Assembly: GCA_039805805.1 (NCBI GenBank)
Contig: JBDLTM010000001.1
Location: 1 to 35,231 of the forward strand
Length of the DNA stretch: 35,231 nucleotides
Reading direction: 5' to 3'
Origin: Pseudomonadota bacterium
GTDB taxonomy: Bacteria; Pseudomonadota; Gammaproteobacteria; Burkholderiales; Burkholderiaceae_C
Under the pieces are notes generated by a model. It was not told where the DNA came from. It saw only the letters and a list, made by a program, of their open reading frames with translations, and ran no database searches. Shown here piece after piece: positions 29,242-35,231 of the stretch; the stretch's first letter is position 1, and the number at the start of each line of letters is the position of its first letter. The position numbers were made by a program, and so were the translations under genes.

Positions 29242-30213
29242 ATGGCGGGCCCGAAGGTCGTCTTCGCGGGCACTCCCGAGTTCGCCGCCGTCGCGCTGCA
29301 GGCGCTGCTGGCCGCCGGCTTCGAGGTCAAGCTGGTGCTGACCCAGCCCGACCGCCCGGCCGGGCGCGGCATGAAGCTGCAGGCCTCGCCGGTCAAGCAG
29401 CTCGCGCTGCTGCATGGCATCCCGGTCTCGCAGCCGCTGAGCCTCAGGCTCGACGGCAAGTACCCGCAGGATGCTGCGGCGGCGAAGGCCGCGATCGAGG
29501 CCGCCGGCGCCGACGTGATGGTGGTGGCGGCCTACGGTCTGATCCTGCCCGCTTGGACGCTCGAGCTGCCTCGCCTCGGCTGCCTGAACATCCACGCCTC
29601 GCTGCTGCCGCGCTGGCGTGGCGCAGCGCCGATCCATCGCGCGATCGAGGCCGGCGACGCCGAGACTGGCATCACCATCATGCAGATGGACCAGGGGCTC
29701 GATACCGGCGACATGTTGCTGGTGGAAAAGCTTCCGATCGCTGACGCCGACACCACCGCCAGCCTGCACGACCGGCTCGCAGACCTGGGCGGGCGCATGA
29801 TCGTCGAGGCGCTCGAGATCGCGGCCTGCGGCGACCTGACGCGCCAGCCGCAGCCGGCTGAGGGCGTCAGCTACGCGCACAAGATCGAGAAGGCCGAGGC
29901 CGCGCTCGACTGGTCGCTCGACGCCGCGGCGCTGGCGCGCCGGGTGCGCGCCTTCAATCCCTTCCCCGGCGCGGTCACCAGCTGGCAGGGTGAGCCGCTC
30001 AAGGTATGGTCTGCCGTCGCCGAGGGTTCGGCGCCTGCCAGCGCTGATTTCCCTGCCGGTCGGGTGCGCTCTGCCGATGCCGACGGCGTGCGCGTGCAGA
30101 CCGGCGCCGGCGTGCTGCGCCTGACCGAGCTGCAGCGCGCGGGCGGCAAGCGTCTCGCGGTGGCCGATTTCCTGCGCGGCGTCGCGCTCGAGCCTGGCGC
30201 CCAGCTGGGCTGA
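29242..30213 (+). CDS. fmt: Methionyl-tRNA formyltransferase
   Basis: [48 protein letters not shown]. Confidence 0.97.
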   Translation: MAGPKVVFAGTPEFAAVALQALLAAGFEVKLVLTQPDRPAGRGMKLQASPVKQLALLHGIPVSQPLSLRLDGKYPQDAAAAKAAIEAAGADVMVVAAYGLILPAWTLELPRLGCLNIHASLLPRWRGAAPIHRAIEAGDAETGITIMQMDQGLDTGDMLLVEKLPIADADTTASLHDRLADLGGRMIVEALEIAACGDLTRQPQPAEGVSYAHKIEKAEAALDWSLDAAALARRVRAFNPFPGAVTSWQGEPLKVWSAVAEGSAPASADFPAGRVRSADADGVRVQTGAGVLRLTELQRAGGKRLAVADFLRGVALEPGAQLG

Positions 30214-30260
30214 TGCAGGCCGGACTCCGGCGCCGAACCCGGCCCTGGCGCGGACACCGT

Positions 30261-32312
30261 TCAGGCCTTGGCCTGCGACTTGGCCTGTTCGGAGCGGGCG
30301 GCGAATTCGGCCCGCAGTGCGCGCAGCTTCTCGCGCGGGTCTTCCTTGACCGTGGCCTGGTCGAGTCCCATCTCCTCGATGAAGCGGCTCGGCTGGCCCG
30401 GCACCATCTCGCGGCCCTTCTTGCGCCGCTTGAGCCAGCTCACCACCAGCGTCTGCTGGGCGCGCGTGATGCCGACGTACATCAGGCGCCGTTCCTCCTG
30501 GATCCGCAGCGCGAGCGCCGTGTCATCGCCATCGTCGTCGGGCTTGAAGGGCAGCAGCCCCTCGTTGACGCCGGCCAGCACCACATGGGGCCACTCCAGG
30601 CCCTTGGACGCGTGCAGCGTCGACAGCGTGACCTGGTCCTGTTCCTGCTCGCGCTCCGAGATGGTGGCGATCAGAGCGATGGTCTGCGCGACCTCGAGCA
30701 TCGACCTGACTTCGCGCTCGGTCGTGACGCCGCCGCTGTCGTCGATCTGGCCGCCGCAGCGCTGCGCGACCCAGTCGCAGAAGTCGATCACGTTGCCCCA
30801 GCGCGCGGCGGCTGCCTTCTCGCTGTCCTCGCTGTCGTAGAGGTACTGCTCGTAGCCGGTGTCCTTGAGCCAGTCGGCCAGGAAGGCCTTGGCCGCCTCG
30901 GCCCCGTTGGTGTGGCGCGCGCGGTGCTCGAGGTCGTTGAGGTAGCGGCCGAACTCGTGCAGGCCCGCCAGCGCCCTCGCGTTGACCGCCGCCGGCAGCG
31001 AATGCGAGAACAGCGACTCGAACAGGCTGAGCTTGTACTGGGTCGCGAAGGCGCCGAGCTGGGCCAGGGTCTGGTGGCCGATGCCGCGCTTCGGGGTCGT
31101 GATCGCGCGCAGGAAGGCCGGATCGTCGTCGTTGTTGACCAGCAGGCGCAGCCAGGCGCACAGGTCCTTGATCTCGGCGCGGTCGAAGAAGCTCTGTCCC
31201 CCCGAAACCTTGTAGGGGATCTGGGCCTTGCGTAGCGCGGTTTCCAGCGCGCGCGCCTGGTGGTTGGCGCGGTACAGGATGGCGAAGTCCTTGAAGTCCT
31301 TGCGCTTGTGGTTGGCGCGCAGGCTCTGGATCCGCGCCACGGCGCGCTCGGCCTCGTGGTCCTCGTTGTCGCAGGCCGAGACGCGCACCGGCTCGCCCTC
31401 GCCGAGCTCGCTCCAGAGCGTCTTCGGGAACAGCTTGGGGTTGGGGCCGATCACGTTGTTGGCCGCGCGCAGGATGGCGCTGGTCGAGCGGTAGTTCTGC
31501 TCCAGCTTGATGACGCGCAGCTCGGGGTAGTCCTGCGGCAGTTTCTTCAGGTTGTCCAGCGTCGCGCCGCGCCAGCCGTAGATCGACTGGTCGTCGTCGC
31601 CCACCGCGGTGAAGCGGCCGCGCTCGCCGACCAGCAATTTCAACAGCTCGTACTGGGTCGCGTTGGTGTCCTGGTATTCATCGACCAGCACATGGCCGAG
31701 CTTCTTCTGCCACTTCTCGCGCACCTCGGCATGGTCGCGCAGCAGTTTCAGCGGCAGCGCGATCAGGTCGTCGAAGTCCACGCTCTGGTAGGCGGCCAGC
31801 CGCTCCTGGTAGCGCGCCATCACCAGCGCGATCACTCGGTCGTTCTCGCCCCCGGCCTGCGCCAGCGCCTGCTCGGCATTGAGGCCCGCGCCCTTCCAGC
31901 CGCTGATGGTCCACTGCCATTGGCGCGCGGTCGCGGTGTCGGTGGTGCCGCCGCAGTCCTTCAGGATCGAGGTGATGTCGTCGGTATCGAGGATGGAGAA
32001 CTGGCTCTTGAGCCCGAGCGCCTTGCCGTCCTCGCGCAGCAGCCGTACCCCCAGCGAGTGGAAGGTGCAGATCAGCACGTCCCTGGCTGGCTTGCCGACC
32101 AGCTGACGGGCGCGCTCGCGCATCTCGGCCGCGGCCTTGTTGGTGAAGGTGATCGCGGCGATGCGGTCGGCCGCCAGCCCGGCCTGGATCAGGCGCGCGA
32201 TCTTGTGCGTGATCACGCGCGTCTTGCCCGAACCGGCGCCGGCCAGCACCAGGCAGGGGCCGCCGAGGTGGTTGACGGCATCGAGTTGGGCGATGTTGAG
32301 GCCGGCTGACAT
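30261..32312 (-). CDS. rep: SF1 DNA helicase, Rep/UvrD family (Rep-like)
   Basis: LAGAGSGKTRV, TFTNKAA, VDEYQDTN, VGDDDQSIYGWRGA, LEQNYRS, TLHASKGLEW, EERRLMYVGITRA. Confidence 0.9.
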   Translation of the reverse strand: MSAGLNIAQLDAVNHLGGPCLVLAGAGSGKTRVITHKIARLIQAGLAADRIAAITFTNKAAAEMRERARQLVGKPARDVLICTFHSLGVRLLREDGKALGLKSQFSILDTDDITSILKDCGGTTDTATARQWQWTISGWKGAGLNAEQALAQAGGENDRVIALVMARYQERLAAYQSVDFDDLIALPLKLLRDHAEVREKWQKKLGHVLVDEYQDTNATQYELLKLLVGERGRFTAVGDDDQSIYGWRGATLDNLKKLPQDYPELRVIKLEQNYRSTSAILRAANNVIGPNPKLFPKTLWSELGEGEPVRVSACDNEDHEAERAVARIQSLRANHKRKDFKDFAILYRANHQARALETALRKAQIPYKVSGGQSFFDRAEIKDLCAWLRLLVNNDDDPAFLRAITTPKRGIGHQTLAQLGAFATQYKLSLFESLFSHSLPAAVNARALAGLHEFGRYLNDLEHRARHTNGAEAAKAFLADWLKDTGYEQYLYDSEDSEKAAAARWGNVIDFCDWVAQRCGGQIDDSGGVTTEREVRSMLEVAQTIALIATISEREQEQDQVTLSTLHASKGLEWPHVVLAGVNEGLLPFKPDDDGDDTALALRIQEERRLMYVGITRAQQTLVVSWLKRRKKGREMVPGQPSRFIEEMGLDQATVKEDPREKLRALRAEFAARSEQAKSQAKA

Positions 32313-32389
32313 GGAGGTTTTGCTGCGGGAAAAAGCCTTCGATGATAAAGGCCTGGCGTTCTTCGCGCTGGCGCTGCCAGCGTATCGAG

Positions 32390-34576
32390 TCAGATCGCGA
32401 GCGGATCGACGTCGATCGCCCAGCGCAGCACGCCCTTTGCCTCGGGCTGGCTGCGCGCGAGCTGCAGCTGCTCCTGCCAGGCGGCCAGGAAGGCCTGCAG
32501 TGCCGGGCGCGAGTCGCTCTCGATCAGCATCTGCGCGCGCTCGACGTTGGCCACGCGCTGGATCGACATCGGCACCGCGGGGTAGAGCGTCAGGTGCTGG
32601 CGCCCGGGCAGGTCCGTGCCGGCCTGCGCGGCCAGGTTGAGCAGCGCCTGCGCCGCCTCCTGCGTGCGGGCCTCGGCTCGCACCAGCGCCTGGAAGGAGT
32701 AGGGCGGCATCAGCGCGTCCTCGCGCTCCTGTAGCTGCTGGGCGGCGAAGGCGGGATAGTCGTGCTGCGCGAGTGCCGCGAACAGCGGATGCTCCGGGTA
32801 CCAGGTCTGGACCCAGAGCTCGACCGCCGTGCCCTGCGCCGCGACGAAGCCGGCGTCCCGCCCGGCGCGGCCCGCCGCCTGCAGCAGCAGCGCGAACAGG
32901 CGCTCGGGCGCTCGGTAGTCGCTCGCGAACAGGCCGCCGTCGGGGTTGACCGCGGCGACCAGCGTGATGCGGCGGAAATCATGGCCCTTGGCGATCATCT
33001 GGGTGCCGACCAGCACGTCGACCTCGCCCTCGTGCATCTGGCCGAGTTGCTGCTCCAGGCTGCCCTTGGCGCGCGTGCTGTCGGCGTCGAGGCGCAGCAC
33101 CCGCACCGTACCTCCATCGGCGCGCCGCGCATCGGCCAGCAGGCCGGCCAGATGCTCCTCGAGCTGTTCGGTGCCGCGACCGACCGGTGTGATGTCGAGG
33201 TTGCCGCAGTCCGGGCAGGCGTAGGGCACGCGCGAACTGTGGCCGCAATGGTGGCAGCGCAGCGTGCGGTCGGTCTTGTGGAACACCGCGTGCGCGCTGC
33301 AGTGCGGGCAGTCGCTCTTCCAGCCGCAGGCGTGGCAGGCCAGAACCGGCGCGTAGCCGCGCCGGTTCAGCAGGATCATGCTCTGCTCGCCGCGCGCGGC
33401 GCGCTCGGCGATCGCCTGCACCAGCGGCGGCGCGATCACGCATTGCCTGGGCTGGTGGTTCATGTCGACCAGGCGCAGCCTGGGCAGCGCGCCACCCCCG
33501 ATGCGCTGCGGCATCTCCAGCCTGAGGTAGCGGCCGAGCTCTGAAGCGCGCCAGCTCTCGAGCGATGGCGTGGCCGAACCCAGCAGCACGCGGCAGTGGC
33601 CGGGCGCCTGGCCCCGGCCCTCGAGCTGGGCGCGGTAGATCGCCAGGTCGCGCGCCGAATAGCGCGCGCCTTCCTGGCTCTTGTAGCTCGGGTCGTGCTC
33701 CTCGTCGACGACGATCAGGCGCAGCCGGGGCAGGCTGGCAAAGATCGCCATCCGGGTGCCGAGCACGATGCGCGCCCGCCCGAGGTGGGCCCGCAGCCAG
33801 TTGTCGAGCCGCTGCGCCGGCGTCAGCCCGCTGTGCAGCGAGACCACGCCCCAGCGCGCGAAGCGCTCGCTGAAGCGCGCCTCGAGTTGCGGCGTCAGGT
33901 TGATCTCCGGCACCATCACCAGCACCTGCGCCTGCGGGTCCTGCTCGAGCAGGTCCTGCGCCGCGCGCAGGTAGACCTCGGTCTTGCCGCTGCCGGTGGT
34001 GCCGAACAGCAGCACCGGCCGATCGGCCTGCGCCAGGCGCTGCATGGCGGCAGCCTGCTCGCCACTGAGTTCCGGCTTCGCGAAGGGGGCACCCTTCTGC
34101 CTGCCGGACTCTGGCTGGGCCAGGCTGGCGCCGCTTGCGCTCACGGCTTCGGTCTGGGCCGAGCCTTTTTCCAGCTTGTCAAGGCGCTTGAGCTTGCGCG
34201 CGAGCTGCTCGGCGCTGAGCTCGCGCAGCTGGGGCGGCAGCGCGGCGAGCGCGACTTCGCCCAGGCTGCGCTGGTAGTAGCGGGCGGCAAAGCCGGTCAG
34301 CGCGCGCCAGCTGGCGTTGAGCGGCGGAATCGCGTCGAGTACCTGCAGCACAGGGCGTACCTGTCCGGGCTCCAGCCCTTCCAGGCTCAAGCCAGGAGAC
34401 TCCCACACCAGTCCCAGCAGCTCGCGCTGCCCCAGCGGCACCCGCACCAGCGTGCCGGGCTCGAGCTGGCGGTCGCCCGCATAGGTCAGCGCCGGTCCCA
34501 GGCCGCTGTAGGCCGGCGTGGTGACGACGACGGCCACCGGGATCGGGGTGCTGCTCGTGGCGGCAGGATCGGCCAT
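32390..34576 (-). CDS. priA: Primosomal protein N' (replication restart helicase)
   Basis: GTTGSGKTEVY, VPEINLT, DEEHD, GSATPS, four CxxC zinc motifs, GTQMIAKGHDF, QAAGRAGR, IDVDP. Confidence 0.97.
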   Translation of the reverse strand: MADPAATSSTPIPVAVVVTTPAYSGLGPALTYAGDRQLEPGTLVRVPLGQRELLGLVWESPGLSLEGLEPGQVRPVLQVLDAIPPLNASWRALTGFAARYYQRSLGEVALAALPPQLRELSAEQLARKLKRLDKLEKGSAQTEAVSASGASLAQPESGRQKGAPFAKPELSGEQAAAMQRLAQADRPVLLFGTTGSGKTEVYLRAAQDLLEQDPQAQVLVMVPEINLTPQLEARFSERFARWGVVSLHSGLTPAQRLDNWLRAHLGRARIVLGTRMAIFASLPRLRLIVVDEEHDPSYKSQEGARYSARDLAIYRAQLEGRGQAPGHCRVLLGSATPSLESWRASELGRYLRLEMPQRIGGGALPRLRLVDMNHQPRQCVIAPPLVQAIAERAARGEQSMILLNRRGYAPVLACHACGWKSDCPHCSAHAVFHKTDRTLRCHHCGHSSRVPYACPDCGNLDITPVGRGTEQLEEHLAGLLADARRADGGTVRVLRLDADSTRAKGSLEQQLGQMHEGEVDVLVGTQMIAKGHDFRRITLVAAVNPDGGLFASDYRAPERLFALLLQAAGRAGRDAGFVAAQGTAVELWVQTWYPEHPLFAALAQHDYPAFAAQQLQEREDALMPPYSFQALVRAEARTQEAAQALLNLAAQAGTDLPGRQHLTLYPAVPMSIQRVANVERAQMLIESDSRPALQAFLAAWQEQLQLARSQPEAKGVLRWAIDVDPLAI

Positions 34577-34615
34577 TTGTCGGAGTATCGCTGGGGAAGG
34601 GTAACTTGCCTGCGG

Positions 34616-34827
34616 TTACTCACAATTTCTGTGGATAACTTTGTTGGCAACCGGTGTTGGTCAGACCGGGAGGCGTCCGGACTGGCGGGTTCGGTTTACC
34701 CAGACAGGTTTCCAGGATCGAAAATAAATCCATATAAAACAACAGCTTGGGTTGACATCCAGACGAATTTCCAGTTGCCGGGACGGCTGGGAACTATCCA
34801 CCTTTGCAGCGACCAAACTGTGCAAAA
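34616..34827. promoter_or_regulatory. DnaA-box cluster with IHF-like site
   Basis: TTACTCACA 34616-24; TGTGGATAA 34630-38 (perfect, minus); TGTTGGCAA 34642-50 (weak); AAACAACAGCTTG 34737-49 (IHF-like); CTATCCACC 34794-802; TGTGCAAAA 34819-27 (fits TTWTNCACA, minus). Confidence 0.7.
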
Positions 34828-34859
34828 GCCGATAGCTCCTGGTCTGCCTGGCGATCGGA

Positions 34860-35231
34860 TCAGGCGCGCGCGCGCATCAGGCGCGAGTGGGCGTGCACCG
34901 TTTCGACCAGCACCTTGACGTTCTCGGGCGGGGTGTGCTGGCTGATGCCGTGGCCCAGGTTGAAGACATGGGTCGGGCCGGTGGTGTCGCGGTCGGTGTG
35001 CGGCGTGCCAAAGCTCTCCAGCACGCGCACCGCCTCGGCGGCGACCTGCTCGGGGTTGGCGAACAGCACGTTCGGGTCCAGGTTGCCCTGCAGCGCCTTG
35101 CCCGGGCCGCCGACGCGCGCGCGCGCCTTGGCCAGGTTGACGGTCCAGTCCAGGCCCAGCACATCGCAGTCCAGCGTGTTCATGTCGTCCAGCCAGAGGC
35201 CGCCGCCCTTGGTGAATACGATGCGCGGAAT
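34860..35231 (-). CDS. hemE: Uroporphyrinogen decarboxylase, 3' part (5' end outside the window)
   Basis: [34 protein letters not shown]. Confidence 0.95.
   Translation of the reverse strand: MPRIVFTKGGGLWLDDMNTLDCDVLGLDWTVNLAKARARVGGPGKALQGNLDPNVLFANPEQVAAEAVRVLESFGTPHTDRDTTGPTHVFNLGHGISQHTPPENVKVLVETVHAHSRLMRARA

Overview
High-GC chromosomal window from a betaproteobacterium; protein style and gene order suggest Comamonadaceae (inference). The backbone is housekeeping: gap, tkt, an M48 protease, moaC, a CoA-transferase, USP, MarC, dienelactone hydrolase, a fused indolepyruvate ferredoxin oxidoreductase, yajC-secD-secF, LysM-dprA / def-fmt, rep, priA and the 3' end of hemE. Three parts stand out. 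(1) A phosphate-scavenging cluster at about 10.8-18.6 kb holds two tandem PhoX paralogues, a divergent beta-propeller/phytase-like lipoprotein and an orphan arsC. All four genes have 11-bp-periodic Pho-box-like repeats exactly 10 nt upstream of a -10-like hexamer, and arsC also has an ArsR-like palindrome. (2) An MntA/HepT (type VII) toxin-antitoxin pair sits 10 bp behind an uncharacterised gene with an H-NS-like N-terminus and a non-canonical C-terminus. (3) A DnaA-box cluster with an IHF-like site lies between hemE and priA and resembles a DARS/datA-type element. No transposase, integrase, tRNA, rRNA or CRISPR array was recognised. All calls come from reading motifs by eye; no database searches were run.
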